A stretch of 64,000 bases of DNA from Hydrolagus colliei (GCA_035084275.1 CM068748.1:4588001-4652000); one strand, 5' to 3'. Shown: positions 50,166-63,310, numbered from the stretch's first letter. Translations and numbers: made by a program. The notes: generated by a model from the letters alone, not told the origin.

Positions 50166-51780
50166 GTATGTGGTTGGGGAGGCGGTGAGTGGAGAGGGCT
50201 GTGCGGGGGGAGGGGTGGATGTTGGGTGGAAATGCCAATTAGCTGGGCACTATTTGAACCATAGGAAATTGTTTGAGTAGATGATAAATATTCATATAAT
50301 AATATATACTCTTAAGCCATACAAGTATAATTTTGTTGTTGTTGTTAAGAAGCTTCTAGATAAGTTTTAGTCGATGTTTATGCTTTATGTAAATGAAGGT
50401 GATGTTGGGGAAGATTTATGTCAGGAGGAATCACTTTGCCCATGTCCCAGCGTAGCAATTTGTGAATTTTATTGTACTGAATTAAGCTAAAAGCTATTTA
50501 GTGTCACAGCTGTTTTTTGGGGTAACCAGAATTTAATTTGGCGAACAATAGCATTCTTTAATTGAACAATACTCTCTTAAGTATTGGGGAGAAAAAGTGA
50601 CATAAAACCAGATATACTTTAGATTGGCAGCACTAATTGATGTATACCCTGAACAGGATTGATGCTGGTGAAACATACCTGTTAAAATGTTTTCTTTCCA
50701 GCACTGTCCATTAGGAAGAAATTCAAGTTGTCACAGCAGAAACCAATTTTAGGAACATGTGGTTTGTGTACTTGTGTTGTTGACCTCTGCTCTTTGGCTT
50801 CTTTTAAGTTAGACCTAGAACTTTAGCTATAATACCATGCTCCATTTTCTTCCAGTTAAAATACTAAATGGGTGGTACAAAAATCATGTACGACTCATCT
50901 TGCTGGACTTGGGTAAGAGAAGGTTTTATTTTGTTGGGTGGGGGACTTTTCACCCAAGTAGCATTCCTTCAATCGAACAGATATATTACGCCACAGGAGC
51001 TGGTTAAAAACATTTTTTTTTAACCTATCCCTAAGGATTTCAGGAAATCTTTAACACTGCAAAGGTCAACTCACATAACATATTGAATCTTGATCAGTTG
51101 TTCCTCACTTGGAAAACTATTTCTAACACTGGAAATCTCATTCAATTAATAGGCCTCCGACTAGAGATACTGTTATTTCAGTGGGTAACGTAAAACTAAA
51201 GCGGCAATTTTGAGAACGTAGTTATCAGTGGTGTAAAGTTTTACACTATTTGTATAGGGTATATTTCTTTATATCATGCATGTGCATATATAAACAGTCC
51301 AAATTATTTTTCATTGATTCCCACTGCAAAAATACAACTTTCATGTCTTAATTCACTGGTGCATCACCACATTTGCTCAAGCATCACATGGCTAACAGAA
51401 TTTGGACCCCTATCATTTCTTAAACCTGCGAGTATCACATCTTTACATTATTGAATTACTTCTAGCTTTGGTTAATAAATATCATCACTTAGCAGGCTTA
51501 TTCAAATATATTCATTATTATCTTGGTTCCTCTGAGTATGATGACAGCAGGAGAATGTAAAATCAAACATTTTAACTGAACAATTCACTGAAAGGAGTAA
51601 ATTAGTAATGAGCACTTGATAATACACTTGTCCTATCAATCCATTATTACATCTCAAATGAAGTGGGCAGCTTCGCTGAGGAAGTCTGTTTTTAAATGTA
51701 GTTTAAATACTGGATCAATGTGAAAATTATTTTTAGTTACTAAAAATATAAATGCTTAAAAATTGTAAATAGCAATCCCC

Positions 51781-51930
51781 TCATTCACTTCATGACTGTT
51801 TGTGGGGCATTGTTGCCTGCAGATTGGATGTCACATTTCCTACAAATACAAAGTCACTACACATTACAGTAAAATCTTGTGAAGTGCTTTGATGTGTCTT
51901 GAAGTCTTGGTAAAGCACTGTAATAAATAG
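51781..51930 (+). mobile_element. Older Deu-domain SINE, 3' half
   Basis: catgactgtttgtggggcattgttgcctgcagattgg...aagtcactacacattacagtaaaatcttgtgaagtgctttga; same subtype as 4244-4390 and 63119-63310. Confidence 0.7.
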
Positions 51931-54734
51931 GAGGGAAACATTTCAAAACCTACTACTGTATGTTGCAGAGTCTTTCAACTATTCTGAGATTTAACTAATT
52001 GTGCCACATTTAAAAGTCTCTCTGTGCCCATAGAAGGGTTGCAAAATCAGCTCTTTTAATCCACTGGTGCATAACATCAAATATCCTCCTAAAAAAACTA
52101 TGAAAAATTATTTATATCACTAGTTTCTTAGTAATGTTAACTGTGCCAGAATTAATTTGTTTCTTGCCAGAACATGTACGTACATTTAATCTGCCCTACA
52201 GATCCTTAACACATGTTAACATAGGCTGGGGGAATAAGAAGGGATACATAGGAGAAGAATAGGGATGGCTTCTTAACATAATGTCAATCGGTATTACAGT
52301 ACAGTACTTCTATTACAAGACAAGGAGAGGAAATATACTGTGGATACATGAATTGTAGTTCAATAGGACACAGTATTAGTTTTGGTCTACTGGTTAGATA
52401 CATGGATGGGATTGTGATCAATATTTTTTTCTGGTATTTGATCATTCCGTTCAACTGTAAATATGCAATAGTCATGGTTTGTAATTTTACAACTGTCATA
52501 TTTCCAAAGAGGTTTAGCTGGTGCTATGCTAATAACTTCATTAGTCGAGACCTGAACTGCAGCTTTAGCTCCTCAACTGACTATAATAAAAGCTTAAAGC
52601 TGTTCAGTAAAATAACAATCACAGACCAAAATCAAATCATTTCCTCCATCACAATATCTATGCCTAGCATTTTAAAAGCCTATAGTGCCTGCAATGGAGC
52701 TAATGGTGCTTATTTTTACACTGTTGAATATTTTTATTAGATTTAAGATTCGATCGCTTGCTTCAGAGATTTTAAAAGTTTATTGCCAAATAAAAACATT
52801 GTACAATGGGTATTGGGATTTGGGGAACTACTCGTAATCTGTGGCATAGTCTGCTGGCTTTATGGATAAGTGTTCTGTTTTGTACTTCAAGATTCAACTA
52901 CTGCAAGAACAGTTCTTTGATTCTGTAGTCATCACCTACCAATTACTCCTGCTCAAGGTTTCTACCCTCAGATAGCTAAGTACAGCACTGCCATTATCTG
53001 CATTTGTTTGTTCGGACTAAAACTCTTATAAAGAACACAGTGGTAGCCACTATATTCCATACTAGAGCCCTGTAGCTTGAAGATGCTCAACAATCATTGA
53101 TGGTCAACTATCATTGTTGGTTCCCTTTTTTCCAATTTAGAATTCTAGTGGCTGATTTTTTACTTTGTTGTTACTGCTATTGCTGATACTTAGATCAATT
53201 TTCAAACTTCTCAAATTTCCAGATCCAATATACAATACTGAATCATGCAGCCAGCAGTTTTTGATTATTTTCCAAGACAAAAGTAGATCCATTCAATTAA
53301 TGACAAACTACAACCTGCCCAAACTACAACCAAGTTTCTTTCATTACAAACTGATTTCAAACATACTTAAATTTAATTTTGTATAATATATATCTCTTGT
53401 ATAATACTGTACTGTATATTTATCTTTCTAGCCCTCATTGACCAAATGCCATGCTATGAAAATTGTTACTTTTGTGTTGCCTGGGAGACATTCACATGAT
53501 TGTTATACATATCCTACCTGTCTTGTTTTGCAACATTTGAAATACGTAATAATAATCCTTGCATTTAATATAGCAGTTTTCACATTGGGAGAACTTCTCA
53601 AAGAGTTTTACATTATATAATTGTAGTTTTGTAGTTGTGTTAGGGATTTAGTCTTTTGCAGACTCCAGACCAACGCTTCATTTATTTACATTTATATTTT
53701 ATTGCATTATACAGTATTTACATTTTATCTGCATTGCTAAATTGGGATGTTGGGATATTGAATACAATTTTGATAGGAACAAAAGTAATTCATTAAACTA
53801 CAGGTATAAGCAGATTTGGGCTACACTTACAGCCATGCTACAAACCACTAAAGTTCACACGTTACGCTTAGCTTAGTGCCAATACTCTCTCCAGTCAGTT
53901 TCATCTAGGAGGGAATGAATAATCTTTCACCCCAATACCACAATGAGCTAAAGACCTAGAATACAAGTTCAGTGAAGGACAGTATCTCTGACAATACAGA
54001 TGGAGGTTTTTCATTAAATACTGGACTTTAATTCCAGCATCTATATACAGTAGCATGTTGCAGGATCATAGATTTGGAGTCCATTTAAGGCATAAAACAG
54101 ATTTTTAATTTGCTTGACTTTCAGAAATCAGCAGGAGGGTGAAGATGCATGGGTATGTTTGCATATGTGTGACAGAATCTTTACCAGAAAGAATGAGGAT
54201 TACTGGTAGGTAATCTAGCTATGTCATTCCCAGCAATAAATTAATGACTCAGACATGAAGCCAATACAGGGGAATGCTTGTCTCAACAAACTCAGAAAGA
54301 GTCTTACAGACATTTTACTATATACGGTATACAACCTGGTAAATTCAGCGATTGAGAACACAGTGACAGAAAGAGATAAAGAAGACAATTTTGTTCATGA
54401 TCTTCCCAGACATAATAATTACATGCTACAATGCAGTCTAAATCATAGAGGTTTTACTCTTGTTAGCCGGCACTATGACTCCTGACTTTCTGTACAACTG
54501 ACTTTCTGCAATTTTATATGTATTTCTTGGGATTACACACTCAACTGAAATAGATATGCTGTCAATAAAGCCATTGGAAACATTTTTGAACTGCTATTAA
54601 TGTTTAAAGTGTGTCTTTTCTAGGCTTTAACAAATAGCTGAAAAATACACAGATCAGCGTGTACAATAGTAAGAATGGGCTTAAGAACTGGGAAGTAAAA
54701 CCTTCATTAATTTCAAATGCTTTGGCCCATTTGA

Positions 54735-55100
54735 TCGGGGAGGGCAAGGAGATGGAGGAAGGTCTTGAGATGGACTTTGCAGAATGCAAGAGAGGGGGCA
54801 AGTCAGAGCAGCTCAGGGATGGAGTTCCAGAGGGTGGGGGAGAAAAGTCAAAGGCTTGACCACTGATAGTAGAGCAGTCAGGGCAGGAGATATGGAGTAG
54901 GCCAGTGCTTGTGGAGTGAACGGAAAGTCCGAGTGGTGATGTTTTAATAGGTTGCAGAGGTTGGGTGGAGCAAGACCACGGGCTTTAAAATTGAGGACAC
55001 AGACCATCCTATGGCCAATAGGGAGCCAGTGAAGCCGGGCAAGGATAAAGGTGATTGGTTCATGAAGGTTGCTATAGGAACGTCTGCTTGATTGCTGATC
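54735..55100 (-). mobile_element. L2 LINE 3' fragment
   Basis: Minus strand EPITFILARLHWLPIGHRMVCVLNFKARGLAPPNLCNLL, plus a WNSIP-equivalent gggatggagttccagag. Confidence 0.85.
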
Positions 55101-55470
55101 TGATTTACATTCATGTAAAGTCCGATTGTGACCAAAGTAATCTTTCAATGCACGACAAGAAATAGGCAGAGATCAGACTCCACGTGAAATTCCAACAGGT
55201 GGCCTTCGATAACTGACCTCCAGGCTGACGTCATGGTTGATATTCTGTGCAGCGCCTTTGGCTAAACTGATTATAATGGGGAAAATCCTATTAGTGGCCA
55301 CCATTGCAATATTGCTGTATGTAATGCTGACCAGAATTTCAGCCCATTAGTGGATAAGGACAATTCATTTGCTATAATTTACATATCTATTACCCTATGG
55401 GTCAAAAATGTCTGCTCTTCATTGATCACTTACTTACTTACTTACTTTGTAAACCAACGTAGATGAAAAG

Positions 55471-55735
55471 TGAGCCTTACAGATCCAGAAGGTCCCATGT
55501 TTGATCCCTGATCTATGTTACGTTAATCTCAGTTGGGGCAGGAATAGTGAGGTTACAATTGATGTCAGTGGCAATTTGGAGTAGGGAGGAGAAAATTAGT
55601 CATGGCTCTTAGTTCTTATTACAGTACTATCTCATTTGAAACTATAGGTGTGTGTGTGTGTGTACAAGCACATGTGCATGTGTGTGTGTGAGAGAGAGAG
55701 GCCATTACATGAGGATGATCAAAGCTTTTGGTTGA
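55471..55735 (+). mobile_element. AmnSINE2-like relic with (TG)n/(AG)n expansion
   Basis: tgagccttacagatccagaaggtcccatgtttgatccctgatct...ggttacaattgatgtcagtg...tagggaggagaaaattagtcatgg. It matches the reverse complement of 59541-59570 (aggttgcctgttttgattcctgatct). Confidence 0.6.
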
Positions 55736-55889
55736 CATTACAACAAAATTACATAATGCCTTTCACATTGGGAGGACATCCCAAGGCACTGTTTAAGATC
55801 ATATATGAAAAATGTTCACATGAGTGAAGTATCAAAGAAGGTCATATGAAAACTTTTTTGTGTCTTGAGACATGAGGGGAGTAAAAAAA

Positions 55890-56110
55890 AGCTGGATATA
55901 AAGAAAACATTCTGCTTTCCTTTCCTTTTTTTTATCCTGACTTCCTAATTGTTAACTCGTGTCCCCTGCTATATTTGAACTTTCCACCTGGATCAACTTT
56001 GTCACTTCCCCTCATAATCTTGAGAATTTAGTTCACCTCGTAGTTTCCTGTTTTCTAAAATATCAAATCAGACTTTCCTGACCCTTTCTCATAACATAAG
56101 TTCATTGCAA
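55890..56110 (-). mobile_element. Old CR1 ORF2 C-terminal relic
   Basis: Minus strand, frameshifted: LCYEK...ENRKLRGEL..KIMRGSDKVDP...SRGHEL, resembling CR1 LSYEERL..LEKRRLRGDLIE.YKIMRG.D+VD...TRGH.L. Confidence 0.6.
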
Positions 56111-58051
56111 TCATGACGCACGCAATCATTTTGTGGCTCAACACTTTCAAGCACAATAATACATTTGCTAACATTAGCCAATATGATACATTATAAGTGG
56201 CCAGACCAGCAACTTATATAGCAGCCATGCAGACTCTTAAGTCATACCATTCCTGTATGAGGTATATGTTATCATTTTCTTAATGACGCTAAATAAAATA
56301 TTCACTGTGCTTTCGGCTACCAAACACTCACTCTACTGCCTGTTTTGTAGATTTATCTACGATATCTAAAATGGGGGAAGTGGGGGAAGTTCCAGGTCAG
56401 CTGTGTAAATCACTTTAAGATGTTCTCCCAATGATACAGGCATTAAACAAATGGAAATTATGGTTGTTTGTTGGTTTCACCAACCTGTGCCTAATAATCT
56501 CCAAAAGTAGATAGCACAGAGTGTGTCCTTCCAGGGAGAAAGTATGCATTCTATTCCAGACCTGGGACATTCCATTTACAGGTGGCATGTATATGTAGAA
56601 CTCTGTCTGGTATGAATGCTCTTGAGTATTTTGATGGGTTTCCACATGTGTCAGACACCTGGTTGACCAAACAAAATTGCCCACCATTGTCAGTAATTTA
56701 CTGGCAATCAAAGAATCTCCCCCTTCCCCTTTGTCTTCTATCTACAAGTTAAATAGATTAAAGAGTTGCTGAATATACTGTCTAGTAACAACCTCAGTAG
56801 GTGAATTAAAACAATTATAAATTGTGGGATTGTGGAATGTGTCATGCTTTCAATCAAATTGAGATGTGTTTTATTATTTCATTTCCTTAAAGCTTATTAT
56901 CTTTAATCACTTCTCCAACCAATCATCTCATCTTTCTAAATATGACCACAACCTAATTATCCAATCAATAATACCGATATGATAGTTATTTATAATAGGT
57001 GGATTCTATAATTATGTGAAATACATTGGCAATTTCTGCACCCTGCTCAGTGATACTAAAAACAAATGGACATGATGTATGTAAAGGTGCTACATTTGAT
57101 AATAATGGTGAAAGAATTTTGAAGTAAAGTTTGCAAGATTTCATGAAGTGTTGCTTGTGCACATGGTGCATGTTATGAAATGTCGTAAATTTTACCGCAT
57201 TCAGTGAAGCCACGGTTAGTGTGCAGTCACAAAGAGTTAAAGGATTTGCTTTCTTACAAGACGAAAGACCGATGGTTGCATTCAAGATAATGTTTTTATA
57301 CTTTAGATATGCCTCCAGGCAGTGAGTATAAATTGATTAATTTTCGTCATTCAGTAGCTGGATTATAGATTGTCAGTGTCCTGCCTTGGCCTTGGACTAA
57401 CCCATTTGGTTATCTGATAGCCCGCAAGAATTATTCTATTCATGGCTCAACAGCCAAACAATGAGGTGTCGGGTATAGCCACAAGACCAGAGAAGCTCAT
57501 GAGAATTCATAAACCAGTAATGTTTAACTGCACACTGATCATTTGCTGCACTACAATTTACCAAGTCGTCTGACCATACGTTCTGGAGAATTGAGTTGTA
57601 TATAGGGTCTACAATTTCAAGCCTTCTGTGTAAGTGTTTAATAAATGTAAGTACTATATCTTGTTTGTAGCTGTTAATGCCCCCTTGGTTATGGAAAGAT
57701 GAATGCCTCAAATTATTATCCAGGCAGGGACATAATGTTTTTGTGACACTGGTGTTGGTAAGTTAATTACTTAAACTGGCCATTTTAAAGAGCAAGATTG
57801 AGCTATGTATCCTGCGCTAATAAATGTTATACTGTAGCATGTGCTGCTGGTACTGGTCATGGACACAAAGTAGAGCCAGAAAGAATGATGAGATTTTCCA
57901 AAATTAAACCATTTATTTTAATGAAACAATAAGCAAACTTCACAATGTATGATTTGAGGCACTTTGAGACATCCTCCCTGCGTGAAAGGAGTGGTATCAA
58001 ATGTAAGCAGTATGGGCTAACGTTATATAAACAACATTGCAAAAATTCTAC

Positions 58052-58140
58052 AAAAAAGTAAAATACTGCAGATACTTGCAGAAATTCTGTTAATTCTCTA
58101 GAATTGCCAAACAGAATCATAACCTCAGAAAGATGGTAAA
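58052..58140 (-). mobile_element. Penelope-like terminal repeat relic
   Basis: aaaaaagtaaaatactgcagatacttgcagaaattctg; the reverse complement matches the end of 10321-10434. Confidence 0.35.
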
Positions 58141-59384
58141 AGGTGGAATAAAATAAACAAAAATCATATGTCTACTGGAATGCTCACTTGATTTTCCATC
58201 CATGACATGGTATCAAGACACTGTTCATCTGACGTTTAATTCAACATTTATACAGTTACAGTCAAGTCCATGTGGATTACTCACTGGTAAAACATGTTTA
58301 TAAAATGAGTTTTTTGGAGCATTGATAGCATCAATTTCAATAGTGGCTTAGCAATTTATGTTGGAGGTGTTCATCCCAACTTTGTAGAGGCCAGTGGAAC
58401 TGAATTGCAATCTGAGCCCTGTCTTTACTTATCCACTTCTTGTATTGTGGTCCTAAGAAGCCTCTTGCAGGTCTACATCTGAAGAATGTACAGTATTTAG
58501 AAACTTCAGCTTTTTCGAGATAACAGGAAACCTTTTTCTCTTCATAGGATTTTGCTCATAAGGTGTCAGTTGTGCAATTTTGGTGATCAGAGAGATAGAC
58601 CTGGAAGGATGAATTGACAAAGGAAAACATGACTGCTATGAATACATAATTACCTTTTCTAATGTGTATAGATTTCAAGACCAATTTCTTGCTGAACACC
58701 AATAATTGTTTAAATAGAGTTTAAAGCCAGTGTGATTTGTCACACTATAAGAGTTCTGATGATTATTCTGAATGTCTTGTGCACATAAGGAGATTCACTC
58801 AGAGCTCTGCAGGTTTGTTACTACTGCTGGATTCATCATTATAATGAAACATCATCTGGATATAGTTAAACCCAACAATTATGTACTTCTCTTAAAATGT
58901 TTGGCTACTTAGACTGACTAGACTCCTCCCTCATTGTCACATTAAGTTCATGGAGAGTGTCTTTTCAGGAGTTCTATGCCAAAAAGCTGAAAATCTAAAA
59001 TAAATCTTTTTTTGTGCATTTGCACTCTTGTCTAACACAACTTATTGTACAAAAAGCTTTGCAGATGTCTGGGCAAAATTCCAGTGAATGTTTCATAAGA
59101 TGCAAATCGGTGACAAATGTCACTGTAAAATAAATCCCATTAATGTCAGAAAATGACGCCTCTCTATTTTATCTCAGATAAGGAAGACAAGGGCAGATAT
59201 TCTGACCATCAATAATTTTACCACCAATTATGATGTAACAGATTTTTTCTTCTTTCCTCATACTATCCAGATTGGGCTAAATGAATAAGCAACTCTTGAT
59301 AAAATCATGTAATTTGGTAATTTGATCTTGCAGCCTGCCCGATTTATTATCCTACATATGTGAGTCAAGATACTGGCACCCTCG

Positions 59385-59613
59385 ACAATCACTGAGGGCA
59401 TTGGGGCTGAGCATTTTCCTACAGTGAATAATTGGATCTCAGAAACCCCGAGTAACATTTCCTTCTCCATAGCCAATGAACACCAAGGCCAATTACTGTA
59501 GATTGCCCCAAATGCAATCCAGCTCTCATAAGACAGCTCAACTCAGATCAGGAATCAAAACAGGCAACCTCTGCTGCAGCTTGATATAGCTTGCTTTAAA
59601 CCACCGATTGAGC
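59385..59613 (-). mobile_element. AmnSINE2-like relic
   Basis: gaaaccccgagtaacatttccttctccatagcc...caaggccaatta...cagatcaggaatcaaaacaggcaacct is the reverse complement of the motifs seen at 55471-55620. Confidence 0.55.
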
Positions 59614-61189
59614 AGAGGAACTATATAATGTGTCCACATTTAATGGCAAAATAAGAAATGACGGTTGAAGAATGTAATAACGTTTTAATATTATTCTATT
59701 GCAAAAGGTGTGCAAATGTTTTCATATGAGGAACTTCCTTCCAAATCTCTGAAGAGCCTCCGCAAGGTCACACTCTCCTGCAGTGACATACCAGAGTCAG
59801 GGGGGAAAAATAAACTGGATGCTTGCCCACAATCCCCACAGACCAAGCCAGCTTCAAAAGAGTCGAGAGAGGAATCTGAGAGGGAGGATGCTCATTTCTC
59901 CTGCGTGTTAGTTATGTTATTTAATTAATGCTAACAAGCTTTGCCTCCTTCAATCAGCGACTTTTCATAAATGTATGCAACGCTCAGGTTTAATGTGTGG
60001 TATCAACAAATTTCTGAACAAGAAATGTCTAATTATTAGATTTCTATTGAATGCCCTGAAGATTGGTTTCGTATTCAGAAATCTGTTAAGAAATACCACA
60101 ACTTACAGACATATTTGTATTTATCTGTATCTATTTTAAGCAAAATTAATTTCTACCATTTCAAGGATGTTTTAGACGTCTTCATGCAAAACCAGTGGGA
60201 GAGGATGTCAACACATTGCGCATGCACGAAAGGCCTCATGCCATGGTAAATAGACAGCTTGGTTAGGTAAATTCATAGATTGCCTGAGGAAGTGGGCCTC
60301 AACCTGTCAAAATGGTTACTAGCTGCCATTGCCTCAAATAGCAACCTCTGGGCATGTGGTAAAAGTGGTGAAAAAGCAGCATCTAATCTACTGTGACCAA
60401 CATACTATTATGTCTTTCGAGGCAAATTTATGACTCTATCCTGAGGAAGGTAATGCTTAGAGCTGAACACCATATGTTTGGATCTGGATTGCTTTCCTTT
60501 GGTGTGTTTTCCCTGTCAGATATTGCATCATTACCCTCATCTTCTATGCTCTGCATCTTCAGACAAGGTGCTGGGTAGGATTTGGAGGAAATCAATGTGG
60601 GGAATCGGAGGAATCTTTCCATTGATTGACTGTTCAAATTATCGATAAATTATAGATTATTTTATCAAACATGTTCCAGGAACTGTCACTAATTTATTTT
60701 CTTTAAGAATAACAAATGATTATGGGCATAATAGGATGTGTTGAAACAAGATTGGAAAGACTTTTGTACAATTGGCAAGCCTATTATAGAATCTGTATGA
60801 ATAGTGCTAAGACATTATTTCTTATTTATGAGGAGCTGGGAAAAAAAAAAATTCGCCACATTGGAACAGTTAGAAGATGTGCTTGCCCAGAATCTTGATG
60901 TGATTAGTATCAGTTTTCTGGCCGTGCTTAAGAATCTCTGGAAAGATTCCTATGCGAGCTGTTGTGTGCTACTCAATGCATTTTTTCTTATTGTTTGTTA
61001 TTTTATACATAGCCACATAATTTAAATCATTAACCCTCTGAGTGTTATGCTTTTCTTTCACATGCTATGGTGAACCTGCTACCTCCTCTCTTCGTCTGGG
61101 CTGATTTTTTGTTGTGCACAATTGCTATGGGTCTCGAAGGTACTTAGAATGATGAATTGTGGACAGTATTGAAAGCCAATTCATATTAG

Positions 61190-62123
61190 GTGAACTCGCT
61201 CGACGGCGACGTCTTCGGGCGGTCCCCCTGCGAGGCCTTTCACCTGGTCCGGTGCCGTAAGCGGTGGATCATCTCGTCGCGGGAGACCATCTTGTCTCGG
61301 GAGATCCGGACGGCGATCGGGCTGCTGCTGCTGTGCGCACTGGCCTGACACGCCGTGTTCGGGTACACCGGCTGAGGAGACCGGTCGGTTTTCGGGCCTG
61401 TTGCCACACTGGGCCCTGTTTCGAAGATGGTCCAGGCAGGCGGCGGGGAAAAGGAGCAGTTGCTGGACTATTGTTAGTTGTTGATTGTTATTGTTTTTAT
61501 TGTTAATATTGTTGATTTGTGTTGTTTATTGTTGTTGTTTGATTCCCCCCCCCCTGTCCCCTGGCCTTTTCCCACCCCCCCCTTCTTCCCTCACTCCCTT
61601 TCCCCACTTTCTCTTCCCCCTTTTCCCCTTCTCTACCTCTTCCCTCTTGCCTCCCTTTCTCCCTGATTTTGCCCCCCATCCACCTTTCCCTCCCTCTCCC
61701 CTTTGCCCCCCTTTCTCCCCCCTCTTCCTCCCTGACCTTACCCCACACCACTTTCCCTCCCTCTCCCCCCTTGCCCTCTTTTTCCCCTTTCTCCCCTGGC
61801 CCCATTTCTACGACTGCTGTGAGCAATTTGGCTGCCGCGTTTCACCCACAAGTATACAGTCGGCTTTCCTGCTCTCCTTCCCCCTGCCCCGACCGCTCCC
61901 CTTACCATCTTTTTCCCCACATTTCCCTTATCCCACTTCCATGACTGTTTGTGTGACACTGCTCTGTGCAATTTGGCTGCCGCGCTTCGCCCACAAATAT
62001 ACAGTCAATTTTCCTACTCTTCTTTGTCCTGCCCCGACCCCTCCCACACTGCTCTTGTCCCTACCTAACTGTACAGCGCCTTGGGACGTCCTCTCGACGT
62101 GAAAGGCGCTATATAAATGTAAG

Positions 62124-62154
<31 letters not shown>
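61190..62154 (+). mobile_element. Composite non-autonomous retroelement, longest copy (about 965 bp)
   Basis: CpG-rich head 61190-61470, T/G-rich linker 61470-61542, polypyrimidine tract 61544-61808, Deu core 1 (61811-61861), linker, Deu core 2 (61941-62006), L2 hairpin 62075-62110 and (TTGA)n tail 62126-62154. A second copy lies at 31028-31445. Confidence 0.88.
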
Positions 62155-63118
62155 ATCTTCCTGAGATGATTGTTGGCAGTTTAGCTAGGCGCTTCCTGGT
62201 AAAATGCATTGGCAATGTTTAGTGGACTTTGCAGTTAAACCGTGCATATTTGTGAGGTGGAATTCAAGTTCTAAATCATTCCAAATGTTTAGCTCCAGTG
62301 CAGGACTGACACTGGATGTGGCATGAAACAGTCTTGACAGAAACCAAAATGTGTTAGATCACAAATGCATAGTACTTCAAGGAGAACCCAGTCACCCTGA
62401 CACTAAATGATTCCCTTCCTCCAAATCATGATGATCTAACAAATTCCATTTGAGTAAAAGAGAAAACAAAACACAACTTTAGGTTCAAAATTTCAAGAGT
62501 AATCAGCAGGAAAACAGACGTGGGGAGTGATTTTTTGTCTGCTCTTTACAACAGTTATTTATCAGTCAGTGTGCTTCACTACTGCCCACACAGGAACACA
62601 GCATTTTCCAATCAGCAGCCTTGTGACTTACAGCCAGGCACCCAAATAGAGCTCAGCCCGAGATAATCACAGTAGCCAGGAAATGAGCCTCATGTCCCCT
62701 ATAACATACCAGGCAGGCAGTAATCCAGATGTGCTGATCGGAACATTGCAACTTAATGGTGCAGAAAGCACAGAAGGTATGTTTTACTGAATTGGAGGGC
62801 ACCCTCCTCAGAGAGACGGTTCTGTAAAAGAGAATGGGGAATCTTCAGCATCTCCAGGTGTCCTGAGAGAATGAACAGGGTATTGAATGACTGCAGGACT
62901 TGGCAGGGGATCTGCAAAAAAAAAAGTTTGATGTTAAAGAAGTTCTTTTTATTAATAAAAAAGTAGCAATCTACTGCCAGCTAGAAGGACCAGAAGAGAA
63001 AGACCAAATGTGATTCACAGCAGATCAGAAATCCAAACGTGTAGCCACAAAATCATTGAAGAGGATATGGCATTTATATGACAATATTCAACCAGCCAGA
63101 GCCTTTCTAATACTATGT

Positions 63119-63310
63119 AACAATAATGCTTGCATTTGATACTGTGCCTTTCATGTTGTGAGGATGCTTCAAAGCGCTTCACAGAATTTATTGTAAAATG
63201 GAGTGACTGTGTATTTGTAGGCAAAAGTGGCAGTCCAATTATGTACAGCAATGTCCCACAAACAACCATGAAATAAATGACTAAATTTACTTGGGGGATT
63301 GTTGGTTAGA
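63119..63310 (-). mobile_element. Older Deu-domain SINE, 3' half
   Basis: aataatgcttgcatttgatactgtgcctttcatg...aaagcgcttcacagaa...gtgactgtgtatttgtagg...cagcaatgtcccacaaacaaccatg. Confidence 0.78.

Noticed and set aside
55160-55345. Possible MITE relics ending gaatttcagccc (similar texture at 46840-46950 and 42970-43170)
   Set aside because: Paired TIRs and target-site duplications could not be identified by eye.
61259-61277. agcggtggatcatctcg resembles the 5' end of 5.8S rRNA
   Set aside because: Only about 16 nt match and similarity stops immediately; compatible with chance.
61372-61430. CTGAGGA as a hammerhead ribozyme core in the composite head
   Set aside because: No GAAA follows a stem II on this strand, and the minus-strand CGAAA has no matching CUGANGA.
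61264-62215. Cluster of long overlapping Pro/Gly-rich ORFs (also 31033-31547)
   Set aside because: A by-product of stop-poor low-complexity sequence in the composite retroelement; no protein-family signal.
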